This document shows positions 19,529-28,971 of a DNA stretch of 54,401 nt, one piece after another; position 1 is the stretch's first letter, and every line of letters begins with the position of its first letter. Where the stretch lies: the NCBI GenBank assembly GCA_046759165.1, contig JBHIBS010000006.1:1-54401 (forward strand), written 5' to 3'. Origin of the DNA: a bacterium (GTDB taxonomy: Bacteria; UBA6262; WVXT01). The translations under genes were made by a program, and so were the position numbers. The notes beneath the pieces were generated by a model that did not search any database, was not told the origin of the DNA, and was given only the letters and a program-made list of their open reading frames with translations.

Positions 19529-20164
19529 CTATTGAGAAAACTTCTTCAGAAGCTGGGTAGCTATCTCTTCTACTTTTTTATTATTTTCTAGCTTGGCCCT
19601 ATCCTTAAGGCTTTCCAAAGCTGCATTCCTCCACTCAATGTACTCTGTTTCGGAGATTTCAACTAACTTGTAGCAGTTATAGAAGTACTCCACTCCTTCA
19701 GCGGTCGGCCTTTCCACCTTTTCATAATAGATTTCTTTGGGTTTTAAACCATGCATCTGATAAATATCCATAATCACCGCCACAGTGTCGGTCAAAAACT
19801 CACCTAACTCAACATCACTAATACTCAATTCACCGATAGCATCACTGAATTCTCTCTGAACCATTCTCTTTATACCTTCGATAATATTCTTAACTACTTC
19901 TGCCCTAGCCTGACGGAGAGCCAGAGAGAAATCGGCTCGCTCGGTTACTCCGCCACTAAAGGAGAAGATGCCCTCCTGAATAGATATTGGTGACAATATC
20001 CAATCTGGCCTCTGTTCGAGACTCCTCTTAACTATTCTCTCCTGACCAATTATTGGAAGTTTCTCGGGACCAGCACATCCTCCAGTCAAAATTGTGACCG
20101 AAAACAAAATTGAACAACAAAAGATTAACCTCCTCACCCACTCCTCCTTCACTACGAGAAACAC
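19529..20164 (-). CDS. LPP20-like lipoprotein
   Basis: TGGC lipobox, RPDW motif, YYEK..Y.CY.LV. Confidence 0.6.
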   Translation of the reverse strand: MFLVVKEEWVRRLIFCCSILFSVTILTGGCAGPEKLPIIGQERIVKRSLEQRPDWILSPISIQEGIFSFSGGVTERADFSLALRQARAEVVKNIIEGIKRMVQREFSDAIGELSISDVELGEFLTDTVAVIMDIYQMHGLKPKEIYYEKVERPTAEGVEYFYNCYKLVEISETEYIEWRNAALESLKDRAKLENNKKVEEIATQLLKKFSQ

Positions 20165-20192
20165 AAAACGTCTCCTCTGGTTTGACGCAGAG

Positions 20193-20287
20193 CTTCGCTC
20201 TGCCTCTACTGAGAATCAAAAGATAGTTTGTGAAGAGTCTTTTGATGTCAAAAAATTCCTCAGCGCTGAACAAACTATCTTTTAATT
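20193..20287. repeat. Family A palindromic element, longest copy
   Basis: AAAAGATAGTTTGT..CAGCGCTGA-ACAAACTATCTTTT. Confidence 0.85.
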
Positions 20288-20307
20288 GAACTTCGAACCC
20301 GCCACTT

Positions 20308-21012
20308 CTATTCCGTATACGAAACAGCTACGCTAACGCCGCCTCTTTCGTTCTCAACCAGACTAACAGTGCATTCTTTACCTTCCCTGGAGAAAAGGAG
20401 CTGCGCAATGTTGCTTCCTCGCCAATAATCGTCCCCCACTAACCTATAGCCTCTACTTCCCATCTCTCTTTTGTAGAAAATTACAACTCTACTCATAGGG
20501 TCGGAGGTAGTGAAATTGAGAGTTGATACATTGTCCTGGCCAGAGATCTTTACTTCGCTCACCCCGATATATACGGGAATTCCCTTCACATCTTTTCTAA
20601 TTTTTCCTTTTAGAGAGGAGAAGTCCTTTTTTCTCAGTTCACCAGGAATTTTCCTCCTTATCCACACAGTATCTTTTTTTCTTATAATCTTATGGGTTAG
20701 AATAGAAAAACGGTCAACAAGCCAGGTTTTGAAAGGACCACTTTTGCTCACCAGATACCATCCGCAAAAGGAAAGAACAATTAAAATAGAAAAGATCCTT
20801 ACCGTAAAATTTATCTTCTTCTTTAGAGAACCCTTGGGCTTCTTGGGAATTTCAGGTTGTGCTTCCGATGAAGTCTTGGCCTGCGGATTTTCCTTCTCCT
20901 CTTTCTCTTCAATCTCGGAGATCTTGGATAGAACCTTACTGACCAGAGGGTGGGATAATTTTGCCGCTCTCTTTCCAAATTCGCGACCGCGCTTTGGAAT
21001 TTCTTTCACCAT
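20308..21012 (-). CDS. Hypothetical single-pass membrane protein
   Basis: Charged N-terminus, one TM, C-terminal beta-rich domain (V..FY...M...GY). Confidence 0.7.
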   Translation of the reverse strand: MVKEIPKRGREFGKRAAKLSHPLVSKVLSKISEIEEKEEKENPQAKTSSEAQPEIPKKPKGSLKKKINFTVRIFSILIVLSFCGWYLVSKSGPFKTWLVDRFSILTHKIIRKKDTVWIRRKIPGELRKKDFSSLKGKIRKDVKGIPVYIGVSEVKISGQDNVSTLNFTTSDPMSRVVIFYKREMGSRGYRLVGDDYWRGSNIAQLLFSREGKECTVSLVENERGGVSVAVSYTE

Positions 21013-21052
21013 TTCTAGATTCCTCCAGCCTCGAAGCTTCCCATATTCTCTA

Positions 21053-21931
21053 TCAGCTTGTCAATAGTTCAACTATCCTTTCCAAATCTTCTAAGGAATA
21101 GTATTCGATTTCTATCTTACCCCAAACTTTTCCTCTTTCTCCAAGAGAAAACCTACCAGAACCACAAGACTTAATCCTCACTTTCGTCCCTAGAATTCTC
21201 TGGAGTTCTTCCTCCAGCTCAACCACCTCAGGACTCTTCTCTTTCTCGGCAAGTCTTCTTCCTGAAGGGATCCGTCTGACTCTCAATCTTTCTACAATCT
21301 CTTCTGCTTCACGCACTGTCAACTTCTCCCTGAGTATCCTCCGGGCCAGGTCTATTCGTTTCTTCTCCCCTTCAATAGAGAGAAGCGCCCTAGCATGTCC
21401 GGCAGATATAAGTTTACGGGAAACGAACTCTCTAATTTCTTCAGGCAAATTAATAAGTCTCAAGGTATTGGCAACCGTTGATCTGGTCTTTCCTAAATGG
21501 TCGGCCAATTCCTGCTGGGTTAGATTGAACTCATTCATCAGTCTCTCAAAAGCTGTAGCTTCTTCTATGGCATTCAAATCCTCTCTCTGGATATTCTCAA
21601 TTAGAGATATCTCAAACATCTCCCTATCAGTAACTTTCCTGACCACTGCTGGAATCTCTTTCAACTCTGCGATTTTGGCTGCCCACCAGCGCCTCTCTCC
21701 GGCTACCAGTTGGTAGTTCTGCCCTGAAGGAGAAACAATTATTGGTTGAACTACACCCTCTCTCTTTATAGAATTCGCTAACTCCTTTAACTTTTCCTGG
21801 TCGAATTGCATTCTGGATTGATATTTGTTGGGTTTTATCTTATTAATACGAATACTTATAACCTCCATGGGAGCTACTCGGGATACCTTCGGAATTAGTG
21901 CTTCTATACCCTTGCCCAGTGCCTTACGCAT
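21053..21931 (-). CDS. parB: Chromosome partitioning CTPase ParB
   Basis: ALGKGI.ALI, GERRWWA, ENIQREDLNAIEEA, HTH with RSTVANTLRL. Confidence 0.96.
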   Translation of the reverse strand: MRKALGKGIEALIPKVSRVAPMEVISIRINKIKPNKYQSRMQFDQEKLKELANSIKREGVVQPIIVSPSGQNYQLVAGERRWWAAKIAELKEIPAVVRKVTDREMFEISLIENIQREDLNAIEEATAFERLMNEFNLTQQELADHLGKTRSTVANTLRLINLPEEIREFVSRKLISAGHARALLSIEGEKKRIDLARRILREKLTVREAEEIVERLRVRRIPSGRRLAEKEKSPEVVELEEELQRILGTKVRIKSCGSGRFSLGERGKVWGKIEIEYYSLEDLERIVELLTS

Positions 21932-22742
21932 TCCAATTACCTCCAAAAACAGAACCCTCTGGCTCTTCTTCTATTTCCACTCCGTTTCTGTTTAGGAACT
22001 CTCGAGTCAATGAAAGGTATGCATGTGCACCTTTGGAATCTTCACTATAGAGGATAATGGGCTTTCCAAAACCCGGAGCCTCAGCCAGTCGGACATTTCT
22101 CGGAATTTTTGTCTGGTAGACCGCCCGTTTAAAGAACTTACTTACTTCCGCAACTACCTGGGAGGAGAGATTGACTCTGCCATCATACATAGTTAAAAGA
22201 ACTCCTTCGATCTCCAATCTGGGATTCAAATTCTCTCTCACCAACCTCAATGTATCCAGTAATTGGCCTAAGCCTTCAAGAGCATAATATTCACACTGGA
22301 TGGGAATAATTACTGAGTGGGCCGCGGTGAGTGAGTTAACTGTGAGAAGCCCCAGAGAAGGTGGGCAGTCGAGAAGAATATACTTGTAGATCTTATCCAA
22401 TCCATCAAGTGCTTTCCTTAGTCTTGTCTCCCGGGAGATAAGTCCAACGAGCTCCACTTCTGCTCCAATCAAATCTACATTTGCTGGAATTAAATCGAGC
22501 CAGTCAATCTCGGTGGGAACGAGGATATTTTCAATCGAGGCCTTTTTCAAAAGCACCTCATAGATAGTATGTTTAACTTTCTCCTTTTCCATACCCAGGC
22601 CACTTGTAGCATTCGACTGAGAATCCATATCAATGAGGAGTGTCTCCTGACCATAATGTGCCAAGCAGGTGGAGAGGTTAATCGCTGTTGTGGTCTTCCC
22701 TACCCCTCCCTTCTGATTTGCAATTGCCACAATCTTTGCCAT
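21924..22742 (-). CDS. parA: Chromosome partitioning ATPase ParA/Soj
   Basis: NQKGGVGKTTT, DCPPSLG, QCEYYALEG, RLAEAP. Confidence 0.97.
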   Translation of the reverse strand: MAKIVAIANQKGGVGKTTTAINLSTCLAHYGQETLLIDMDSQSNATSGLGMEKEKVKHTIYEVLLKKASIENILVPTEIDWLDLIPANVDLIGAEVELVGLISRETRLRKALDGLDKIYKYILLDCPPSLGLLTVNSLTAAHSVIIPIQCEYYALEGLGQLLDTLRLVRENLNPRLEIEGVLLTMYDGRVNLSSQVVAEVSKFFKRAVYQTKIPRNVRLAEAPGFGKPIILYSEDSKGAHAYLSLTREFLNRNGVEIEEEPEGSVFGGNWNA

Positions 22743-22826
22743 CAGACATTACTCCTACTGTTTTTCCTAAAACCTCTTCTTAAAAGATATTACCAAAAAA
22801 ATCAAAAATATGCAACAGCAAAAAAT

Positions 22827-23570
22827 CTATCTAATCGGCCTTTTGGCCGGCATTCCTGGGCTCCGCGGATAATCTTCTGGCGTCCTCTCCACCTTATCCA
22901 TCACCACCAAATTTCTCTCTAATTCTCCTTCTCTCAATAGTAGCTTATAAGGTATAACCTCCTTTACTCTCCCACCGAGAACTTCGATCGCCTTGTCTCC
23001 CTTTCTGAGTTCACCGCTAATCTCTCGCGCCTTTTGGGAAATGAAAATCCCTCCAATCTTAACGAAAGGGAGACAATATTCAGCGAGGATAGCTAGGTTA
23101 CTAACGGCCCTCGATACCACTAGGTCATACTTCTCCCTGTAGTCCCAATTCCTTCCGTATTCCTCTGCTCTTCCGTGAATTACCTCTAAATTCCTCTCAA
23201 AACCCAATTTGCGGGAGATATAACGCAAGAATTCTACCTTCTTCCTTGTGGCCTCAAGCAATGTTATGTGGAGTCTTGGCCGATAGATTTTTAGCGGTAT
23301 TCCGGGGAATCCTGCTCCAGAACCGATATCTATAACTTCTCGTATCTTTCGAAAAATTTTACATGGAACTCCTAACAGGCAGGAGAGAGAATCTATAAAA
23401 TGTTTAACCAAAATCTCTTCCTCATCATTTATGGCAGTGAGATTAAACTTTCTGTTCCATTCCTTCAGCTCCTTCAAAAATAGGAGAAACTTTTCTATCT
23501 GGTCCCTAGTGAGCTCTAGGCCTGCTTGTTTAGCTCTTTTTTGCAACGAGGCAGCTGTTAACCCATCCAT
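22827..23570 (-). CDS. rsmG: 16S rRNA G527 N7-methyltransferase
   Basis: WN..FNLTAI, HFIDSL, DIGSGAGFPGIP, RAEE, SRAV. Confidence 0.96.
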   Translation of the reverse strand: MDGLTAASLQKRAKQAGLELTRDQIEKFLLFLKELKEWNRKFNLTAINDEEEILVKHFIDSLSCLLGVPCKIFRKIREVIDIGSGAGFPGIPLKIYRPRLHITLLEATRKKVEFLRYISRKLGFERNLEVIHGRAEEYGRNWDYREKYDLVVSRAVSNLAILAEYCLPFVKIGGIFISQKAREISGELRKGDKAIEVLGGRVKEVIPYKLLLREGELERNLVVMDKVERTPEDYPRSPGMPAKRPIR

Positions 23571-23574
23571 AAGT

Positions 23575-24495
23575 TTATTGTGGTTCCCAGAGCCTCTTCC
23601 ACAGGGTCTCCGTTCTTCTTTTCCTCATTAATTTATAGATTTCTCTTAGTTTAGCTCTGGTAGATTCTTCTCCTTTCTTTATACAATAATCTAACTTCTT
23701 AAAATTTACCCAGTGAATATTACCCACATCTGGCCTTATCACCAGATCTGCCTTTCTCAACCGAAGTTCGTTAAGAAATAATCCCGAGATATAGCTAGTC
23801 CTGAGAATAACGTCAAGCCCTGTCTTCATCTCCTGATGGCTACTACGCGGGAAAGACCCGTGCACATCCACACCCACCACTAAATCAGCCCCCAATTTGA
23901 AAGCAGGATCCACAGGAACCAGGTTCACCGCGCCTCCATCGACCAATCTCCTGCCTTCCCATTTCAAGGGCGGGAAGAGGCCAGGAATGGTGATGCTTGC
24001 CCGAACCGCCTCCCTCAAAGGCCCCTTAGTAAAACAGAGCTCTCTATTTGAAGTGAGGTCAGTACTGACACAAACAAAAGGAATCCTTAAATCTTCTATA
24101 TTCTTATTTGGTAGGATACTATTTACTATTGTCTTTACCCTCTTCTCACTAACCAGCGCAAGCTTTACTAAACTCAGGTTATAAATCAACTTCCACTTGG
24201 CATAGGAGATAATTTTCTTGATGGGCTTGGAGCTTTCTTCTGCTATTTCATCCTTTAAGAATTCGAGCCTGGCTCGCTTGTATTCACTGCTCTCCAAAAA
24301 TTCTAAACTTTTCTTCTCAATAGAAGAAGCATTATACCCGCACGCATAGAGTGCCCCGATTAAGGCACCGGAGCTGGTGCCAGCAATAACATTTATGGAT
24401 ATTCCCGCCTCCTCCAGAACCTTCAACACCCCTATATGTGCCAGCCCTCTTGCTCCTCCGCCACCCAGGGCTAAACCGAACCTCAATTTTCGCAT
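23575..24495 (-). CDS. Patatin-like phospholipase
   Basis: GGGARG, GTSSG, DGG motifs. Confidence 0.92.
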   Translation of the reverse strand: MRKLRFGLALGGGGARGLAHIGVLKVLEEAGISINVIAGTSSGALIGALYACGYNASSIEKKSLEFLESSEYKRARLEFLKDEIAEESSKPIKKIISYAKWKLIYNLSLVKLALVSEKRVKTIVNSILPNKNIEDLRIPFVCVSTDLTSNRELCFTKGPLREAVRASITIPGLFPPLKWEGRRLVDGGAVNLVPVDPAFKLGADLVVGVDVHGSFPRSSHQEMKTGLDVILRTSYISGLFLNELRLRKADLVIRPDVGNIHWVNFKKLDYCIKKGEESTRAKLREIYKLMRKRRTETLWKRLWEPQ

Positions 24496-24531
24496 ATATT
24501 TTCCTTATACGAAATGAGAGGACCCCTAAAA

Positions 24532-24547
24532 TGTTTCACGTGAAACA
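24532..24547. promoter_or_regulatory. parS: parS centromere site
   Basis: Perfect TGTTTCACGTGAAACA close to parAB and oriC. Confidence 0.93.
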
Positions 24548-24557
24548 ATTTTCCGTC

Positions 24558-24581
24558 AAAAAATGACTCTGACCCCTTTTT
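24558..24581. repeat. Family B motif copy 1 (AAAAAATGACTCTGACCCCTTTTT)
   Basis: Identical 24-mer at 26058-26081. Confidence 0.9.
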
Positions 24582-24584
24582 CCT

Positions 24585-25895
24585 TCAATATGGATAGAAT
24601 ATGAAGAAAAGCAAGGAGAAAGCTCCCAAAAACCATAGTCCTGGATGGACTTCTCTTGCCCTTCCGGAGACTATCTTAAAAAGAGGATAAAGGACGAAAC
24701 CTCCAGTCATGCCAATCCCTATATTATAGGTAAAACTCATCAAAATAACCACAGCAAAGGCGGGAATGACTTCTGTATAATCGGCAAAATTAATCTTGGT
24801 TACAGGGCTCAGCATGAGAAGACCCACAATGATAAGGGCCGGACCATAGGCCTGGGAAGGGACTGCCGTAAAGAACGGAGCAAAGAATAGAGCAACCAGA
24901 AATAGAACTGCCACTACGAGAGAAGTAAGCCCTGTCCTTCCTCCTTCCTCAATCCCGGCAGCAGATTCTATATAGGTGCCGGTTGTACTTGTCCCCACCA
25001 AGGCCCCGAACATAGTTGCCAGACTGTCGGCCAGCATTGGCTTCTCAATCTCCGGCAGATTGCCCTTCTCATCGAGGAAGCCCGCCCGGGCAGAGCAACC
25101 AATAAGAGTTCCCAACGTATCCACAAAATCTAACACAAACAGAGTGAGAATCACAGAAAAGAACCCCCAGGTAAGTGCTCCCCGGATGTCCAATTTCAAA
25201 AATAGCGGTCCAAGACTCGGGGGTAAACTAACCCATCTCTCCGGAACTTTTGCCACACCCACCAAAAATGAAAGGAATGTAGCACCTAGGATCCCAATCA
25301 GAATGGAACCTTTTACTCTTCTTACCATTAAAATCCCTATAAGAACAAAACCAAAGATGGCTACCAATCCAGCCGGGCTGGTTAGGTCACCTACCTTTAC
25401 CGGAGCCCCAGGTACTCCCAAGCTAACTATTCCTGCCTCATTCAATCCAATAAATGTTATGAATAAACCGATACCTACGGCAAAACTGTATTTGAGGCTT
25501 AAAGGAATTGCTTCTGCCAACCATTTTCTCAGTCCAGCAAGGGTCAAAATAGCGAAAAGCACTCCCCCAATGAAGACTGCTCCCAGGGCTGTCTGCCAAC
25601 TATAGCCGAGAACATTAACCACAGTGAAGGCTATAAAAGCATTTTCGCCCATGTAGGGAGCCATCGCAAACGGCCTCTTTGCATAGATGCCCATAATTAA
25701 TGTCCCAAAGAATGCCGCCAGTATTGTAGCCACCATAGAGGGTCCCCTGGGAATGCCAGCAGCTGCCAGAATGGCAGGATTCACCACGATGATATAGGCC
25801 ATAGTCATAAACGTAACTATACCGGCCACCACTTCAGTCTTCACCTCAGTCTTCCGTTCCTCCAATTTAAACAAGACCTGCAAAAACCTTCCCAT
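24585..25895 (-). CDS. NCS2/AzgA-family purine permease
   Basis: TFMTMAYII.VNP.IL, APYMGENAF, YIESAAGI..GGRTG. Confidence 0.93.
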   Translation of the reverse strand: MGRFLQVLFKLEERKTEVKTEVVAGIVTFMTMAYIIVVNPAILAAAGIPRGPSMVATILAAFFGTLIMGIYAKRPFAMAPYMGENAFIAFTVVNVLGYSWQTALGAVFIGGVLFAILTLAGLRKWLAEAIPLSLKYSFAVGIGLFITFIGLNEAGIVSLGVPGAPVKVGDLTSPAGLVAIFGFVLIGILMVRRVKGSILIGILGATFLSFLVGVAKVPERWVSLPPSLGPLFLKLDIRGALTWGFFSVILTLFVLDFVDTLGTLIGCSARAGFLDEKGNLPEIEKPMLADSLATMFGALVGTSTTGTYIESAAGIEEGGRTGLTSLVVAVLFLVALFFAPFFTAVPSQAYGPALIIVGLLMLSPVTKINFADYTEVIPAFAVVILMSFTYNIGIGMTGGFVLYPLFKIVSGRAREVHPGLWFLGAFSLLFFIFYPY

Positions 25896-26057
25896 TTCCT
25901 CCTTCCTCCTTATGAAATGTGGGCTTCAATTAATCAAAAATTGATAACCACCCCGTTCCTCCATGCAAAGAGATTTTGTGATTAATCGGAACATCTACAA
26001 CATCTAAGAGAGAGTTGGGGAAGAGCTACTGAAACTTTAGCCAAAAAAAGAGAGTGA

Positions 26058-26081
26058 AAAAAATGACTCTGACCCCTTTTT
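26058..26081. repeat. Family B motif copy 2
   Basis: Exact match to 24558-24581. Confidence 0.9.
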
Positions 26082-26085
26082 GTTT

Positions 26086-26514
26086 CTAAGGAAGTAAGGC
26101 TTCTCCTTCCACCACTCTCCACAGGTCATCATTCTCTTTTATTAAAGAGAGTTTCAAAAATTCCTTTCCTTTAAGGTAACCGAATTCGCTGTGGGAAGCC
26201 TCAATGACAATGAGTAGATAGAGGTCGCATCTTCCACCCTGGAACTTTTTCCTTTTTCTCAGAATAGTAGTATTAAAATCACCGAACTCATTAAGGAAAT
26301 CTTCTACTTTAACCTTTAAACCGTCGCAATCGTTCCCGTATCTATCCTGATAATTTCTAGAAACGTAATTAAAGGCCTCCTCAAACCTCCTCTCCTCTAT
26401 CAATTTCTTTGCCTCCTTAATGCCCCTATTGATCAACCACCGATCTTTGATGAATGAATCGTATACAATGAACAGAATGGCAAGGGCAATAAGGAGTCCA
26501 ATGACTTTCTTCAT
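26086..26514 (-). CDS. Hypothetical membrane-anchored protein, possibly NTF2-like
   Basis: N-terminal TM, Y.D..G motif, C-terminal L.KE...W.V. Confidence 0.6.
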   Translation of the reverse strand: MKKVIGLLIALAILFIVYDSFIKDRWLINRGIKEAKKLIEERRFEEAFNYVSRNYQDRYGNDCDGLKVKVEDFLNEFGDFNTTILRKRKKFQGGRCDLYLLIVIEASHSEFGYLKGKEFLKLSLIKENDDLWRVVEGEALLP

Positions 26515-26516
26515 TC

Positions 26517-26560
26517 TCTCTGACCCTTTTTTTACTTTTTTATTGACTCTGACCCCTTTT
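26517..26560. repeat. Family B motif copies 3 and 4
   Basis: CTCTGACCCTTTT at 26517 and TGACTCTGACCCCTTTT at 26544. Confidence 0.8.
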
Positions 26561-27473
26561 CTTCTAATACCATCTCAACTGTATGTTTCATCTCTATCCC
26601 CTGTACTTCCCTATATGCCGAGCTCCTGATTCTGCTTGTAAGGTCCAGTTCTATCCGGGAGGAGAAGAGCCGACTATCTTCAAATGCATAGAGTATCTTT
26701 CCTTCCCCTTTGCCTTCCATGTCTATATCTATATCGACTCCTCTGTCTTTTTTGACTGTCTTTCCTATAGTATAGATTCCCAGGTTAACTCCAATTACCA
26801 CACACAAATTGCTCCCCATTTCTTTAAAACCAGAAAGGGTATACTTTTCCTCGAGCTTCGTTCTAATTACCATGCCTGCAATGGGAATTGCAGATTCTAT
26901 CTGATTTTCCCAGCTATCTCCGACCTCGAGTTCCCTGTCCGGAAAGATTGGTCTCAACTGTATATACATATCCTGTATCCTTAAATCCTTTAATTCTTTT
27001 GAGAACTGGTCAAGACCCTCTGCGGAGAGAACCCGACCCTCCCTATTGATCTCCATCAATATACTCTTCCCCTCCAATTTATGGGCAAAAGGAAGACTCT
27101 GCCTCCTACCCTCAACCTCCATCTCCAGCTGGACATCGGTATAAGTCAGTTCTTCCTGAATTTTTCCTTCAGGAGTAACATCTAAAATCTTATCGGAGAA
27201 GACAAATCTACCAAAAGTTGTTGACTCCTGCGGGACACCAAGGGGAATTTCTTTCTCCATACCAATCAATTTGGTGGAGGCTTTTACCTCCATTTTATAG
27301 GTAGTAGAAGTGCCGGCTTCGGGTTGATATACTAACCTGAGAGACTCAGGAAACTTCCTCCCCTGCAACAGAGTTAAGCCAAAAGCGAGAAAGGTGGTAA
27401 CGAGAATTAGAACAGCCGACTTCTTATTTATTATTATGCACCGGCTCGGAGGTAATCTCATTTTCCGCCTCAA
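26532..27473 (-). CDS. Exported beta-rich hypothetical protein (DUF6263-like)
   Basis: N-terminal hydrophobic segment, FP...L.VGDSW motif. Confidence 0.6.
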   Translation of the reverse strand: MRRKMRLPPSRCIIINKKSAVLILVTTFLAFGLTLLQGRKFPESLRLVYQPEAGTSTTYKMEVKASTKLIGMEKEIPLGVPQESTTFGRFVFSDKILDVTPEGKIQEELTYTDVQLEMEVEGRRQSLPFAHKLEGKSILMEINREGRVLSAEGLDQFSKELKDLRIQDMYIQLRPIFPDRELEVGDSWENQIESAIPIAGMVIRTKLEEKYTLSGFKEMGSNLCVVIGVNLGIYTIGKTVKKDRGVDIDIDMEGKGEGKILYAFEDSRLFSSRIELDLTSRIRSSAYREVQGIEMKHTVEMVLEEKGSESIKK

Positions 27474-27489
27474 TTAGTTCAAATAATTT

Positions 27490-28971
27490 CTATTTACCTA
27501 TGCAGAATCTGGAGAAGATCCTACCTAAAATATCCTCAGTAGCGGTCTCTCCCACAATTTCTCCCAGCGATTCCAGCGTCTGCCGCAAATCTAGGGCTAT
27601 AAATTCTTCCGATTCACCCCTTTTGTAAGCTTCTATTCCCTGTTTCGATGATTCTTCGGCTTTTACCAGAGCATCCTGATGCCTCACGTTTGTAACCAGA
27701 ACAGCATCAGAGATACTCACTTCTCCCTTAATGAATAGATGATAGATCAGCTCCTGTAGATCCTTTATCCTTGTCCTTTTGGTTGCTGATACTTCAATTA
27801 AAGGCGGGTTTCTCAGGATAGAGGGATTGCTTAGACTATTATATGGAGGGTTAGCCGAATTTACTGATAACGGTTCTCTTTCAGGCTTGAGTCCATTAAG
27901 GCAAGATGCCCAGAGTTCTCTTATTTCTCTCTCAGATACCACTTGGGGGAGGTCACATTTATTGGCAACCAAGACTGTTTTCCTACCCAGCAACTCCCTT
28001 GCAATACCACGGTCCTCTTCGCTCAAGGGTATCGATAAATCGATTACAAAAAGGACAAGGTCTGCAAGTCCTATAGACCTTCTTGTCCGCTCTATCCCCG
28101 CCACTTCAATTTCATCTCTGGCGTGTCTGATTCCAGCGGTATCCATAATCTTCATCGGAATGCCGAGGATATTGACCATATCTTCAACCACATCCCTGGT
28201 CGTTCCAGGAACTGGCGTTACAATTGCTTTCTCCTCTTCAAGGAGGGCGTTCAAAAGGGACGACTTACCGACATTTGGCTTACCCACTATGGCTGTCTTC
28301 AAACCCTCTCGTAGAATTCTTCCCGATTCCGCAGATTTCAGAAGTTCTCTTAGCTCCGAGGAGATCCTCTCCATCCTCTCGACTATTTCTCCTCGGGAAA
28401 GCTTGGGGATGTCCTCTTCAGAATAGTCAAGGCAAGCTTCAATGTGGGCCAGAAGGTCCACTATCTCTTCACGAATTCTGTTTACAGTTGTAGATAAATC
28501 TCCCTTCAGCTGGTGCAGAGCACAATTTAGTGCAGCGTCAGTCCGAGCCCTGATTATATCACAGACTGCCTCGGCCTGCACAAGGTCAATTCTGCCATTC
28601 AGGAAAGCTCTCAGGGTGAACTCCCCGGGCTCTGCTAGCCTGGCACCTTCCATTAAACATAATTCCAGAACCTTCCGTAAAGGAGCTATGCCCCCATGGC
28701 AAGAAATCTCTAGTACATCTTCGCGGGTATAAGTATAGGGCGCCCGCATCACGCTGAGGAGAACTTCCTCTACTAATTTTCCTCTATCGTAGACGTGTCC
28801 ATAATGGATGGTAAACGTCTTCACCCTGGCTAAATTCTTCTTCCTTTTGGGAATGAAGAGTCTACACACAATGGGAATAGCTTGGCTTCCACTCAAGCGG
28901 ACAATGCCAATTCCGCCCTCTCCCATTGGCGTGGAGATGGCAACAATTGTATCCTCTGTATCAATCTTCAA
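27490..28971 (-). CDS. mnmE: tRNA modification GTPase
   Basis: GKPNVGKSS, GTTRD, DTAG, NKCD, C-terminal FCIGK. Confidence 0.97.
   Translation of the reverse strand: MKIDTEDTIVAISTPMGEGGIGIVRLSGSQAIPIVCRLFIPKRKKNLARVKTFTIHYGHVYDRGKLVEEVLLSVMRAPYTYTREDVLEISCHGGIAPLRKVLELCLMEGARLAEPGEFTLRAFLNGRIDLVQAEAVCDIIRARTDAALNCALHQLKGDLSTTVNRIREEIVDLLAHIEACLDYSEEDIPKLSRGEIVERMERISSELRELLKSAESGRILREGLKTAIVGKPNVGKSSLLNALLEEEKAIVTPVPGTTRDVVEDMVNILGIPMKIMDTAGIRHARDEIEVAGIERTRRSIGLADLVLFVIDLSIPLSEEDRGIARELLGRKTVLVANKCDLPQVVSEREIRELWASCLNGLKPEREPLSVNSANPPYNSLSNPSILRNPPLIEVSATKRTRIKDLQELIYHLFIKGEVSISDAVLVTNVRHQDALVKAEESSKQGIEAYKRGESEEFIALDLRQTLESLGEIVGETATEDILGRIFSRFCIGK

Noticed and set aside
25896-26057. Expected purine riboswitch upstream of the NCS2 permease
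   Set aside because: No purine-aptamer core (TATAAT..GATATGG..GTTTCTAC) on the coding strand
24558-26560. Family B repeats as a CRISPR array or integron attC sites
   Set aside because: Spacing is gene-sized, there are no cas or intI genes, and no RYYYAAC..GTTRRRY structure
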